Assembly: GCA_944371305.1 (NCBI GenBank)
Contig: CALVXM010000005.1
Coordinates: forward strand, 1-53,081
Source: an uncultured Bacilli bacterium
Lineage (GTDB): Bacteria > Bacillota_I > Bacilli_A > RF39 > UBA660
DNA: 53,081 bases
Direction: 5' to 3'
The notes below the pieces were generated by a model. The model did not search any database, was not told where the DNA came from, and saw only the letters and a program-made list of their open reading frames with translations. How positions within the stretch are numbered: the stretch's first letter is position 1; each line of letters opens with the position of its first letter. A program made the translations under genes and the position numbers. Below are positions 1 to 10,058 of the stretch, one piece after another.

Positions 1-582
1 TTTAGTAACTCCACTATTTAATACAACAGCATTTGCCCATTCTTGGTTATCATAGTTATACCATGATTCACTTTCATAGGCATACACCCAATTACTCCCA
101 TCATATTTAATTGGTATCATATTATTATATAACTTTGGTTTATTTGCTCCACTTGCATCTACATATTCATCATCTCCTGGAGTTGGATTGATTGGATCTG
201 TTGCCTCTCCATCAACACTAAAAATGCCATCTGGTTGTAATTCAAATTCATAATTATTACTCTTTACTTTTAATTTGGTTACTTTGCCATTTTCGTATTC
301 TACTTCTAAGACTTCCGCATTCCCTAAACTTACCATTTGACTGACATCTTCTTTGGTTACGCCATCAGCACATATATCAACACTTCCATCTAATTGATTT
401 TTCATTGCTGAAGTAGCGCAATAATTATTATTGCCACTTAATATCATACTTGCTTCTGATAATCCAGCTGATTTTCTTGCATCATTAATCACATTTAATA
501 TGATTGGTGTCGCTATAAGAGCTATTATAGCTAATATTATGATTACTGCCAATAACTCAATTAATGTAAATCCTTTTTTCAT
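1..582 (-). CDS. Type IV prepilin-motif protein, N-terminal part (runs off the window start); probable DGR-target family
   Basis: My translation from ATG 582: MKKGFTLIELLAVIIILAIIALIATPIIL... (class III signal GF|TLIE). It later reads YVDASGANKPKLYNNMIPIKYDGSNWVYA...EWANAVVLNSGVTK, which matches the 25191-27254 protein. Absent from the ORF track because no stop codon is in the window. Confidence 0.9.
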   Translation of the reverse strand, partial: MKKGFTLIELLAVIIILAIIALIATPIILNVINDARKSAGLSEASMILSGNNNYCATSAMKNQLDGSVDICADGVTKEDVSQMVSLGNAEVLEVEYENGKVTKLKVKSNNYEFELQPDGIFSVDGEATDPINPTPGDDEYVDASGANKPKLYNNMIPIKYDGSNWVYAYESESWYNYDNQEWANAVVLNSGVTK

Positions 583-640
583 CTATTAATCTCTTCACTT
601 CTATTATGTCTTATATTTATATCGTTTATTCTACATCTTA

Positions 641-669
641 ATTTTAACTTATATTAGGTTATAAGTCAA
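641..669 (-). promoter_or_regulatory. Sigma-A-like promoter, proximal to the pilin gene
   Basis: Minus strand TTGACT-17 nt-TAAAAT. Copy 2 has TTGCCT-17-TAAAAT. Confidence 0.55.
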
Positions 670-841
670 TTATCTTTTTTTAATAATATGTGACATTTTT
701 GATGTGAGGTAGTTTATTTATTTTTACATCAAACAAATAACAATTTAATCTATAAAGGTTTTTGCCCCCCATGTGTGCTATTTGCTAATAAGGGTGTTAC
801 CTTATTTTGTAACATCTTACTGCACCTACTTTCTATTAATA

Positions 842-870
842 ATTATATATTATTTATCAATTAAAAACAA
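842..870 (-). promoter_or_regulatory. Sigma-A-like promoter, distal (would give a ~250 nt leader)
   Basis: Minus strand TTGTTT-17 nt-TATAAT, conserved in copy 2. Confidence 0.5.
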
Positions 871-893
871 GATTTTATTAAAAAAAGAAGAAA

Positions 894-2708
894 TTAATTC
901 TTCTTACTATCAGCTTTTTTTCTTAATTCAGTATTCAATATTTTTTTGCGTAAACGATAATTAAGTGGTGTTACTTCGACTAATTCATCTTCATTAATAT
1001 AATCTAAGCAAGTTTCCAAACTTAATAATCTAGGTCTTTTTAAAACAACTGTATGATCGCTACCACTTGCTCTAGTGTTAGTTAATTTTTTACCTTTAAC
1101 AACGTTAACAGCCAAATCATTTTCGTGATTATTTTCACCGACAATCATACCTTCATAAACTTCAGCACCAGGTTCAATAAACATAACGCCACGATCTTCT
1201 AATTGTCCTAAGGCATAAGCAGTAGCTTTACCATTTTCCATCGATACTAAAACACCTTGTTTTCTTTTTCCAACACTAGATCCAGCTAAAGGACGATATT
1301 CTTTAAAAGTATGATTGATAATACCATAACCTTTAGTCATTGTCATAAATTCAGTCATAAAACCAATCAAGCCACGTGAAGGAACAATATAACTTAATCT
1401 TACTTGATCATCATGATTAGTCATATTTAACATTTCAGCTTCTCTATTACCCAAAGCTTCAATTACTGTTCCAACGTATTCTTCAGGCACTTCAATTAAA
1501 ACATCCTCAAAAGGTTCACATTTAACCCCATCGATTTCTTTAATGATAATTTGTGGTTTAGATACTTGTAATTCAAATCCCTCACGACGCATATTTTCAA
1601 TCAAAATAGATAAATGTAATTCTCCTCTTCCAGATACAATAAAAGATTCATTATCATTTGGCTCAACTTTTAATGCTACATCACGTTCAGTTTCTTTGTA
1701 TAGTCTTTCTTCAATCTTACGAGCAGTTAATAATTTACCATCTCTACCACAAAATGGACTAGTATTAACGCCAAAGGTCATCTGTAAAGTTGGTTCATCA
1801 ATTCTAAGCAAAGGAAGAGCTTCTTCTTTACCAATCGTACAAATTGTCTCACCTACCTCGATATCAGGAAGTCCTGCTATAGCTACTATTTCTCCTGCTT
1901 TAGCCTCGTTTATTTCGATTCTCTTAAGACCTAAATATCCATACATTTTTTGAATTCTAAATTGCTTAATCGAACCGTCTCTTCGTACACAAGAAACCAT
2001 TTCATTTACTCTAACTTTACCTCTTTTAATACGACCAATACCAATTCTTCCAACAAAATCGTTGTAATCTAATAACGCTGGTTGAAACTGAAAACCACCA
2101 TCGATTGTAGCATTAGGAGCTGGTATATAATTTACAATAGCTTCTAAAATTGGATTCATCGTTTTTTCTTGTTTTTCGATTTCTGGATGAATACTAGAAG
2201 TTCCAGCTAACGCTGAAGCATAAATAACAGGAAAATCTAACTGATCAATATCTGCTCCTAATTCGATAAATAAATCTAATACTTCATCGACAACTTCTTT
2301 TGGACGAGCTGATGGTTTGTCAATTTTATTTACTACAACAATCGGTGTTACGCCAGCTTCTAAAGCTTTTTTCAAAACAAATCTAGTTTGAGGCATTGTC
2401 CCTTCATAAGCATCGACAACTAATAAAACGCCATCAACCATATTCATGATTCTTTCAACTTCTCCCCCGAAATCAGCATGTCCTGGAGTATCTAAAATAT
2501 TAATCCGATATCCATCATAATTAATAGCAGTTGTTTTAGCTAAAATAGTAATGCCTCTTTCTTTTTCAATCGCATTGGAATCCATTGATAGATTTTCAAC
2601 ATTTTCATTGTCTCTAAAAGTACCTGATGCTTGCAATAATTTGTCAACCAAAGTCGTTTTACCATGGTCAACATGGGCAATTATCGCAATATTTCTTATT
2701 TTTTCCAT
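894..2708 (-). CDS. typA: Translational GTPase TypA/BipA
   Basis: [54 protein letters not shown]. Confidence 0.98.
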   Translation of the reverse strand: MEKIRNIAIIAHVDHGKTTLVDKLLQASGTFRDNENVENLSMDSNAIEKERGITILAKTTAINYDGYRINILDTPGHADFGGEVERIMNMVDGVLLVVDAYEGTMPQTRFVLKKALEAGVTPIVVVNKIDKPSARPKEVVDEVLDLFIELGADIDQLDFPVIYASALAGTSSIHPEIEKQEKTMNPILEAIVNYIPAPNATIDGGFQFQPALLDYNDFVGRIGIGRIKRGKVRVNEMVSCVRRDGSIKQFRIQKMYGYLGLKRIEINEAKAGEIVAIAGLPDIEVGETICTIGKEEALPLLRIDEPTLQMTFGVNTSPFCGRDGKLLTARKIEERLYKETERDVALKVEPNDNESFIVSGRGELHLSILIENMRREGFELQVSKPQIIIKEIDGVKCEPFEDVLIEVPEEYVGTVIEALGNREAEMLNMTNHDDQVRLSYIVPSRGLIGFMTEFMTMTKGYGIINHTFKEYRPLAGSSVGKRKQGVLVSMENGKATAYALGQLEDRGVMFIEPGAEVYEGMIVGENNHENDLAVNVVKGKKLTNTRASGSDHTVVLKRPRLLSLETCLDYINEDELVEVTPLNYRLRKKILNTELRKKADSKKN

Positions 2709-2784
2709 AAAAAAACACTCCTCATCGACCGAGTAATTATATCACTTTTATATAATTTTGTAAAGTTTTCTGCTATAATATTGT

Positions 2785-3387
2785 ATGGTGGTTAGAATGA
2801 AGTTAATATTTACGATTTTAATAAGTTTATTATTAATCAATAATGTCGAGGCTAAAAAGTTAGAGGTTAGTTTAGATAAATGCGTCGATGGTGATACAGC
2901 ATGGTTTATTTTAAATAATGAAAATATCAAAACTAGGTTTTTGGCTATTGATACACCAGAATCAACAAATAAAATTGAACCATTTGGAAAAGAAGCTAGT
3001 GATTATGTTTGTAATTTGTTGAAAAATGCTGATAAAATTGAAATTGAATATGATCCAAACAGCGATAAATTAGATAAATATGATCGTCATTTAGTTTGGG
3101 TTTTTATCGATAACGAATTATTACAAGATAAAATTATTAAAAAAGGACTTGGAGAAGTAGCTTATTTATATGACGATTATCAATATACCGATATTTTGAA
3201 AACTAGTGAATTGATAGCTAAAGCAAACAAAATAGGAATATGGCAAGATAGTTTTGATTATATTTATATTATTGTCGGTATATTAATTATTATCTTAATT
3301 ATAATAATTTGCATATTTAATAAAAAAATAAGAAAAAAAGTTCTAACTAAAACTAAAAACAAATTAAAAAAGAGACTAAAAATATAA
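2785..3387 (+). CDS. Thermonuclease (SNase) family protein with signal peptide and C-terminal TM anchor
   Basis: VDGDT, RFLAIDTPE, DKYDRHLVWV motifs. True start may be 2797. Confidence 0.9.
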   Translation: MVVRMKLIFTILISLLLINNVEAKKLEVSLDKCVDGDTAWFILNNENIKTRFLAIDTPESTNKIEPFGKEASDYVCNLLKNADKIEIEYDPNSDKLDKYDRHLVWVFIDNELLQDKIIKKGLGEVAYLYDDYQYTDILKTSELIAKANKIGIWQDSFDYIYIIVGILIIILIIIICIFNKKIRKKVLTKTKNKLKKRLKI

Positions 3388-3400
3388 ATGAGATGGGATA

Positions 3401-3817
3401 ATGAAATATTATTTAATTCCAATTGAACAATTAAAATTTAAAGATGAAGATAAAAATACACATATTTTTTTAGAAAAATTATATTCGAATATTTATAAAC
3501 TATATTCTAAAGGTTATCTTGCTGATGAAGTATTTTTAGAATTATTAAAAACATACAATTTGCCAACTCACTTTCTATTTCAAAGTAAAAAAAATAGTTT
3601 TGGTAAAACATTAATCATCAACGAAGCCATTACTGACCTTACACTTAAAATGTCCAAATTTGATTTAATTGGAAAAGAAGTAAATAAATTAGAAGCAATC
3701 GCTTATTTGAAAAAATTAACTAGAAAACAAATGATTACAATAACTACTGTTTTCCCTAAATATGTTTATAATGATGATCTGAAAATAATTCCTTTTCCTA
3801 TTGAAAAAATAAAATAA
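3401..3817 (+). CDS. Hypothetical protein
   Basis: 138 aa ORF with RBS-like gggat, followed by a hairpin. Confidence 0.7.
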   Translation: MKYYLIPIEQLKFKDEDKNTHIFLEKLYSNIYKLYSKGYLADEVFLELLKTYNLPTHFLFQSKKNSFGKTLIINEAITDLTLKMSKFDLIGKEVNKLEAIAYLKKLTRKQMITITTVFPKYVYNDDLKIIPFPIEKIK

Positions 3818-3836
3818 CTTTAGTTTTATGCTAAAG

Positions 3837-3971
3837 TTATTTTGTATTATAAGCAACATTTTGAGAAACTTGATTCCCTTCTAGTTCAGTACTAGGAATA
3901 CTAATTAAGGTTAACCCTAAAATAACAACAACAAAGGCAATAATAGTTTTACTTTTTAACATTTCTTTCAT
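3837..3971 (-). CDS. Small single-TM peptide (44 aa), candidate SOS-induced division inhibitor
   Basis: My translation: MKEMLKSKTIIAFVVVILGLTLISIPSTELEGNQVSQNVAYNTK. ATGA overlap with the upstream stop and a GGAG RBS. Function is inferred only from position. Confidence 0.65.
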   Translation of the reverse strand: MKEMLKSKTIIAFVVVILGLTLISIPSTELEGNQVSQNVAYNTK

Positions 3972-4156
3972 AATTCAATCTCCATTCTTCTTAAAAAATA
4001 TTTTTTTTCAATTTTGTTATCAAATATTACCGGTTTGATTTTTTTGTTTTTATATTGTTCTTTGATTTCTTGATTAAGTTTATTGATTATATTCAATATT
4101 TGTTTTTTATTATATCCCGTCAATATTTGAATATCATTAATCGTATAATATTCCAT
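3968..4156 (-). CDS. Small putative HTH/excisionase-like DNA-binding protein
   Basis: MEYYTINDIQILTGYNKKQILNIINKLNQE. Start moved to ATG 4156, which has an AAAGGA RBS and lies downstream of the promoter. Confidence 0.65.
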   Translation of the reverse strand: MEYYTINDIQILTGYNKKQILNIINKLNQEIKEQYKNKKIKPVIFDNKIEKKYFLRRMEIEL

Positions 4157-4179
4157 AGCACCATTCCTTTCATGATTAA

Positions 4180-4208
4180 ATGATATCACGAACAAAGTTT
4201 CGTGTCAA
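4180..4208 (-). promoter_or_regulatory. Sigma-A promoter with a LexA (Cheo) box between -35 and -10
   Basis: Minus strand TTGACA-17-TATCAT. CGAACAAAGTTTCG at 4189-4202 has 1 mismatch to the Firmicute CGAAC-N4-GTTCG box. Confidence 0.75.
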
Positions 4209-4227
4209 TAGTATTTTTGTACAAAAT

Positions 4228-4267
4228 CGAATTTTTGTTTGACAAATGTATATTTGTGTGTTAAAAT
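4228..4267 (+). promoter_or_regulatory. lexA promoter with overlapping degenerate SOS box(es)
   Basis: TTGACA(4239-4244)-17-TAAAAT(4262-4267) with an extended TG. CGAATTTTTGTTTG at 4228-4241 has 2 mismatches to the box. Confidence 0.7.
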
Positions 4268-4291
4268 GTAAATGTAACGTTAAAGGAGGTT

Positions 4292-4915
4292 ATGTTAGTG
4301 GAAAAATTAACTAATCAACAAGAAAAAATGCTAGAAAAAATTAAAAAATATATTGTCAAACATGGTTATGCTCCAACCGTTAGAGAACTATGTCAAGAAA
4401 TGAATTTATCGAGTACAGCTACTGTTCAAGTTCATTTAAATAATTTAGAGAAAAAAGGTTATATAAAAAAAGAAGAAAGTAAAAATCGTACTATCGAAAT
4501 ATTGGTTGAAAATGAATTTGAACCAAAAAATGAATTAATTACTGATGTTCCTTTACTAGGTAAGATTACCGCTGGTAATCCTATCGAGGCAATTGAAAGA
4601 CCTGATGAATTTTTTAGTCTTCCTTCATATTTAATACCTAAAAATAAAGAGGTATTCACATTGCTAGTTGATGGTGAAAGTATGATTAATGCTGGTATTT
4701 TAGATGGTGACATCGTTATTGTTGAAAGAAAGAATACTGCTAATAACGGCGAAATTGTAGTCGCAATGACCGATGATAATGAAGTAACTTTAAAAACATT
4801 TTATAAAGAAAAGGGTTATTTTAGACTACAACCAGAAAATGATACAATGGAACCTTTTATTATGAATAATGTGACAATTTTAGGTAAAGCTATTGGTTTG
4901 TATCGTAAAATCTAA
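4292..4915 (+). CDS. lexA: SOS repressor LexA
   Basis: GYAPTVRE HTH, LLGKITAGNP cleavage site, GESMINAGILDGD, VTLKTF. Confidence 0.97.
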   Translation: MLVEKLTNQQEKMLEKIKKYIVKHGYAPTVRELCQEMNLSSTATVQVHLNNLEKKGYIKKEESKNRTIEILVENEFEPKNELITDVPLLGKITAGNPIEAIERPDEFFSLPSYLIPKNKEVFTLLVDGESMINAGILDGDIVIVERKNTANNGEIVVAMTDDNEVTLKTFYKEKGYFRLQPENDTMEPFIMNNVTILGKAIGLYRKI

Positions 4916-4973
4916 ACTAACAAATTTTGTTAGTTTTTTTTATAAAAAAAGTCGAACTTAAATATTCGACTTT
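4914..4973. terminator. Pair of intrinsic terminators between convergent genes
   Basis: aaactaacaa-at-tt-tgttagttt followed by a T-run, and aaagtcgaa-N-ttcgacttt. Confidence 0.7.
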
Positions 4974-6453
4974 AATTTTTATTAATATTGTTTTTAACTA
5001 TATTAATCGCTGGATCTTCAGTTAAATTATCAAAAAATCTTTCTCCAAAACTTTGACCACTAACACTATTGTTATTAGCCCCAGACATTCGCGAATTAGT
5101 AAGACCAGTTCTTCTTTTAACTAACCTATCGACTTTGCGCAAGTTAGAAAAATTTCTTTTTGTTTCTAATTCATGTTTATGTCTTGCTCCTTGATTACGA
5201 TATTTAGCATATATTACAAAAAAGTAAATAAATCCTGCTGATAAGAATAGCCAACTATAATCAAAATCAACAAATAACATTGCAATTATACCTAATAATT
5301 CAACTAGTAAAGATATTAAAAATAATTTAGGCATATGGACTGGGACACTTCCCATCACTTCTTTAGTTCTAGCATTTACAGCAACATAATGTAATACTTT
5401 CTTATCTCCTTTTACTTGTTGATAGCTATATAACCATACTGGTAAATAAGCGGCTTTCCATTGTTGACCTTTAACATCTAATTGTTCACTTGACCAAGCG
5501 ACTCCACGATCATATTGTCCTAATGTTTCATTAGCAGCAAATCTTGTGATATCTTTTGATTGAGTTTCTACTAACCCTTTTAATTGTTCAATGTTAGTAT
5601 CTCTTTTTTCTGATGTAAAGCCTCTTAAATAATTAGCATTCCATTTTACAGCATTTTCAGTATCAAACGGCATAATAGCATTAATAACATTTGTCGTTTT
5701 ATCATCGGATTTTTTATCTAATTTATCTGAACTAGACTCGACAGTCAAATCATCAATAGTTAAATCAAATTCTCGTTCGACATCATAAAGATCAGCATCA
5801 TAATATGTCTTACGATCATTTCCACTACCCCTTGTATATCTTCTTACTAAATGTTCTCCTTGGCCGACTAACTTTGCATGAGCGTTAACATCGACAACCA
5901 TATAAGGAAAATAAACTCCCATAATATTATTTGTAGTAAATTCTTCTTTAAATTTAGGATGAGCAAAAAACTTTCTTTTACCAACAAACTTTTCGATTTC
6001 TACTTTAGCATCTTCTTTTTTTATCTTAAATGGTAAAACAACATCAGGAATGCTTCCGTTTGGTATTTGTTGATTAATAGATAAAGTATTTCTACACCAA
6101 TGGCAACGAGCTTGACTAGCTTCACTTGTATCAATTACAACTTCAGCGCCACAACTACTACATTTAAAAGTTAAAATATCAGCAGTATCAGCAACTATAT
6201 CTGTTGCTCCAGAGCCAATTACTTGACCTTGTAATTGACTGATATCATTATCCATACCTTCTAGTTTTTCTGGTTCAAATTCGTATCTACAAAAGTTACA
6301 TCTTAAACGACCAGTATTGGTATTCATAGAAATATCTGTCGCACCACATTTTGGACATTTATCTTGACCGATTTTACCATCTGTATCAGTTTGAATTATT
6401 GTTGTATTTTGATTATTTGAAGGAGTTATATTTTCATTATAATTATCCTTCAT
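4972..6453 (-). CDS. Zinc-ribbon membrane protein (YdjG-like)
   Basis: CPKCGA, CNFC, CSSCGA and CHWC pairs, YLPVWL motif, two C-terminal TM segments. Coupled to an SPFH gene. Confidence 0.75.
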   Translation of the reverse strand: MKDNYNENITPSNNQNTTIIQTDTDGKIGQDKCPKCGATDISMNTNTGRLRCNFCRYEFEPEKLEGMDNDISQLQGQVIGSGATDIVADTADILTFKCSSCGAEVVIDTSEASQARCHWCRNTLSINQQIPNGSIPDVVLPFKIKKEDAKVEIEKFVGKRKFFAHPKFKEEFTTNNIMGVYFPYMVVDVNAHAKLVGQGEHLVRRYTRGSGNDRKTYYDADLYDVEREFDLTIDDLTVESSSDKLDKKSDDKTTNVINAIMPFDTENAVKWNANYLRGFTSEKRDTNIEQLKGLVETQSKDITRFAANETLGQYDRGVAWSSEQLDVKGQQWKAAYLPVWLYSYQQVKGDKKVLHYVAVNARTKEVMGSVPVHMPKLFLISLLVELLGIIAMLFVDFDYSWLFLSAGFIYFFVIYAKYRNQGARHKHELETKRNFSNLRKVDRLVKRRTGLTNSRMSGANNNSVSGQSFGERFFDNLTEDPAINIVKNNINKN

Positions 6454-6456
6454 TTT

Positions 6457-7677
6457 TTATAACCCCAATAATTGTGCTTTTATTTTGTCATAATCTTCTT
6501 GAGTAATTGCTCCAGCATCAAGAAGTTTTTTCATTTCTAACAATTTAGTTGTTGGATCTTGTGTAGTGGCTTGTTGTTGATTTGCTTGATTTGGTTGTGG
6601 TTGTTGATTTGTTTGACCAAATGCTGGCTGATAGCTTGATTGTGTTGGTTGTTGTTGCATTGCACCCATCATACCGCCAGCAGCATTCATACCCATTCCC
6701 ATGAAAGCCATACCAGCTCCACCACCGTTTTCACCAGCTGATTGAATTCCACGAGCAGCTGCTTGTTGCATAAATGCATTGCCACGAGCACCAGATAAAG
6801 CATCAGCTTTCTTAACATCACTCATTAATGCTTTAGTATCATCGTCATATTCGATAGCAAGAATAGCTGTTTTGACAATTTCAAGACCACGAGATGATTT
6901 CCATTGATATGCATCTTCAACAGCTTTAGCCATTGCTTGTGCAAAACCGATTTGATCACCTTGAATTTTAGATATACGATTTCCTTTACTTGGATCGTTT
7001 GTATAATTAGAAAATGCAGCAGATAAAGTACTTACAACTTCATTAAATAATTGTGTTCCTGCATCATTATCCATATCAGCAAAATCAAATGCTGGAGCTC
7101 CTGGTTGTACATATTTAGCTGGTACAAAATTTTTAACAAACAATAATGGATCCACTATTTTTAAAGTATAAGTACCTCTTGTTACACATCCTACTTGTGT
7201 ACCAAAATAAGCATCATCCCAATATATTTCTGATTGAGTTCCAAATTTATTATTTGGTATTTCTTTTAAATTAACATAAAATGCTAATTGTTGAGAACCC
7301 GGTTGACCACCAAATTTAAATCTTTCCCAAGTTTGTTTAATAGTTTGTCCGAAGATACCATCACCTGCAAACATAGATTGTGAGTTAGGATCTTCTGAAT
7401 TGAAAATAAATCCTCCTGGTTCAGCAATACAACCTGTAATTGCTCCATCTTGAATAGTGATTAAAGCAGTTCCTTCTGGTACAATAATTTTACTACCATT
7501 AGTAATTATGTTTTCACTACCCTTAGTATTTTCGCCACGTCCAGCATTCTCACCTTGTGGTACTGCTTGAAATAAAGCAGCTGTTTCAGGAATGTCTTGT
7601 CTTGGTGCATAAAAATCTTTCCATTGATCTGCAAAAGTTCCTCCTAGTGAACCTGCAAAAGCTTTAATAAATCCCAT
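6457..7677 (-). CDS. SPFH-domain protein (YdjI-like) with C-terminal SHOCT
   Basis: ENIITNGSKIIVPEG, GM-rich linker, LLEMKKLLDAGAITQEDYDKIKAQLL. Confidence 0.85.
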   Translation of the reverse strand: MGFIKAFAGSLGGTFADQWKDFYAPRQDIPETAALFQAVPQGENAGRGENTKGSENIITNGSKIIVPEGTALITIQDGAITGCIAEPGGFIFNSEDPNSQSMFAGDGIFGQTIKQTWERFKFGGQPGSQQLAFYVNLKEIPNNKFGTQSEIYWDDAYFGTQVGCVTRGTYTLKIVDPLLFVKNFVPAKYVQPGAPAFDFADMDNDAGTQLFNEVVSTLSAAFSNYTNDPSKGNRISKIQGDQIGFAQAMAKAVEDAYQWKSSRGLEIVKTAILAIEYDDDTKALMSDVKKADALSGARGNAFMQQAAARGIQSAGENGGGAGMAFMGMGMNAAGGMMGAMQQQPTQSSYQPAFGQTNQQPQPNQANQQQATTQDPTTKLLEMKKLLDAGAITQEDYDKIKAQLLGL

Positions 7678-7773
7678 AAAAAACCTCCTATTTCTTAAAG
7701 CAATAGCATCTATAGTGCTACCTTAAACTAATTATATCATAAAATATGAATAAAACACTAAAATTTTAGTGTT

Positions 7774-9981
7774 TTATTCATCTTTATTTTCTAATTTAAC
7801 TAATACCTCACGTGGCTTAGAACCATTAGAAGGACCAATTATACCTCTTTCCTCTAATAAATCAATAGCACGCGCTGCTCGGTTATAACCCAGTCTGAAT
7901 CGTCTTTGTAATAATGAAGCACTAGCTTTGCCTTGGGTTACAACAAATTCAACTATTTCATTATATAATGGTTCCTCTGTTGCATCTTTATCAACGCCAG
8001 TTGTTGCTCCTTTTAAATCTTCAGTCTCAATTGTTAAACTTTCATCATAACGAGCTTTTTGTTGAGAGATTGTAAAATCGACTACCGATTTTATTTCTTC
8101 ATCAGAAATGAATGTTCCTTGAACACGAATAGGTATATTTTCACCTTGTGGTAAGAATAGCATATCACCTTTTCCTAATAATTTTTCAGCACCAGTCATG
8201 TCTAAGATAGTTCTTGAATCAATACTTGAAGAAACTGCAAAAGAAATTCGAGATGGAATATTAGCCTTGACTACACCGGTAATAACATCGGTTGAAGGTC
8301 TTTGCGTTGCAACAATTAAATGAATTCCAGCTGCCCTTGCCATTTGAGTAATTCGCATAATTGATTCTTCGACTTCTTTAGCAGCTACTAACATAAGATC
8401 AGCAAGTTCATCGATGATAACAACAATATAAGGCAATTTTTTAATTTGACCTTCGTCATCTTTCATCTTATTTTTCTTTTCTAAGTAGGCATTGTATCCC
8501 GCAATATTTTTAGTTCCACTTTGTTCAAACAAATCATAACGATGTTCCATTTCCGTAACAATTTTCTTTAAAACAATATTGGCTTTTTTAGGATCAGTTA
8601 CAACCGGAGTCTTTAAATGAGGAACCCCATTATACATCGATAATTCAACCTTTTTAGGATCCACTAATACCAATTGAACTTCCTCTGGTTTAGTACGCAT
8701 CAAAATCGATATTAACATACTATTAATACAAACTGACTTACCTGAACCAGTTGACCCAGCAACTAGTAAATGAGGAGTTTTATTGATTTCACAAAATATC
8801 GGTTTGCCCATAATATCTTTACCTAAAGTAACTAACAATTTAGAATCTTCCATATTTTTAGGAATTGCTTCTAAAATTTCTCTTACTGTGACCATTGTAA
8901 TTGATTTGTTAGGTATTTCCACGCCAACTGTTTTCTTACCAGGGATTGGAGCTTGAATATGAACACTTTTAGCAGCTAAAGCAAGAGCTAATTCTTTATC
9001 CAAACTTACAATTCGGCTCAACTTGGTTCCAGCTTTAATATCCATTTCAAATTGCGTTACAGCAGGTCCTATATTAATAGTTACAACTTTAGCCTCAATT
9101 CCAAAATCATGAAATACAGTTTGTAAAATATTGACCGCATCTTTAATTGCTTCTTGATTATCTTTATTGCTTTTTTTTACTGGTCGATTCAGTAATGTAA
9201 TCGGCGGAAAATGATAATTTTGATTAACTTCTTTAATATCGTCTAATTCAATTGTCTCAATTTCTTCTTTTTCCTCTTTATTATCTTCATGAATAATTTC
9301 ATCCATACTAGAAATAACGATTTTATCATCTTTTTCATACTCATCTTCTACTTTTTTAATATGTTCTTTATCTTTAACCTTATGAGTCAAATTAATAGTT
9401 CCTTTAACAGTTTTTTTGACACCTTCTTTAAGCGATTTAATAATATCGTATATCGTTATACCAGTAAACATTATAAAACCACAAATAATTAAAACGATAC
9501 TTACCACATTAGCTCCAGCAAGAGAAACTAATTTAACCATTGAAACACTAACTAAAGCTCCAATCATCCCCCCACCTTGTATATCAGCAGAGCCATCAAT
9601 AAAATTATTCAAGTTATTAAATGTTTCTTCAAAAACTATACCATAACTAATATTATTTTCATTTGATAGTTCTTTAATATAACCAACATGAAAAAAACAT
9701 AACGCACCAACAATAATTACATAGAGTCCAATTAATTTACTAGTTAATAAATCAGGCTTTTTTCTTTTTACAATCATGTACCCACCAATGATACCGACAA
9801 TTATTAATAAAACAGCCCACAAAACACCTACTAAGAAACCAGCAAAGCCATTAATTATATTAGCTAAAATACCAAAACGACAACAGCCAATAATAGCGAC
9901 TAAAATTAAAGCTATACCATATATTTCAATTTTCGCATTGCTTTCTTTTTTTACTTCTTTTCTTACCTTTTTCTTAGTCAT
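7774..9981 (-). CDS. ftsK: DNA translocase FtsK/SpoIIIE
   Basis: N-terminal TMs, PHLLVAGSTGSGKS, IIDELADLM, ATQRPS, gamma domain SLLQRRFRLGYNRAAR. Confidence 0.97.
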   Translation of the reverse strand: MTKKKVRKEVKKESNAKIEIYGIALILVAIIGCCRFGILANIINGFAGFLVGVLWAVLLIIVGIIGGYMIVKRKKPDLLTSKLIGLYVIIVGALCFFHVGYIKELSNENNISYGIVFEETFNNLNNFIDGSADIQGGGMIGALVSVSMVKLVSLAGANVVSIVLIICGFIMFTGITIYDIIKSLKEGVKKTVKGTINLTHKVKDKEHIKKVEDEYEKDDKIVISSMDEIIHEDNKEEKEEIETIELDDIKEVNQNYHFPPITLLNRPVKKSNKDNQEAIKDAVNILQTVFHDFGIEAKVVTINIGPAVTQFEMDIKAGTKLSRIVSLDKELALALAAKSVHIQAPIPGKKTVGVEIPNKSITMVTVREILEAIPKNMEDSKLLVTLGKDIMGKPIFCEINKTPHLLVAGSTGSGKSVCINSMLISILMRTKPEEVQLVLVDPKKVELSMYNGVPHLKTPVVTDPKKANIVLKKIVTEMEHRYDLFEQSGTKNIAGYNAYLEKKNKMKDDEGQIKKLPYIVVIIDELADLMLVAAKEVEESIMRITQMARAAGIHLIVATQRPSTDVITGVVKANIPSRISFAVSSSIDSRTILDMTGAEKLLGKGDMLFLPQGENIPIRVQGTFISDEEIKSVVDFTISQQKARYDESLTIETEDLKGATTGVDKDATEEPLYNEIVEFVVTQGKASASLLQRRFRLGYNRAARAIDLLEERGIIGPSNGSKPREVLVKLENKDE

Positions 9982-10058
9982 ATTAAATTCACCTTCTACT
10001 ATAAAATTATACCATATTATAAAATAAAATGATACTAAAAAAGAGTATTTTAAATACT

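Larger units (their letters stand above)
583..891 (-). repeat. Conserved ~300 bp non-coding upstream region, copy 1 (copy 2 at 48776-49081)
   Basis: Near-identical to 48776-49081, e.g. atgtgacatttttgatgtgaggta and aaacaaataacaatttaatctataaaggtttttgcccccc...actgcacctactttctattaataattatatattatttatcaa. Confidence 0.95.

Noticed and set aside
740-835. Calling the conserved leader a c-di-GMP riboswitch
   Set aside because: The GGCAAA is suggestive, but I cannot see the GNRA tetraloop/receptor architecture of class I or the class II consensus. It is kept only as an unknown motif.
773-964. 63 aa plus-strand ORF over the conserved leader
   Set aside because: Antisense to the typA end and the leader. 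Copy 2 has indels in this stretch, so the frame does not look conserved.
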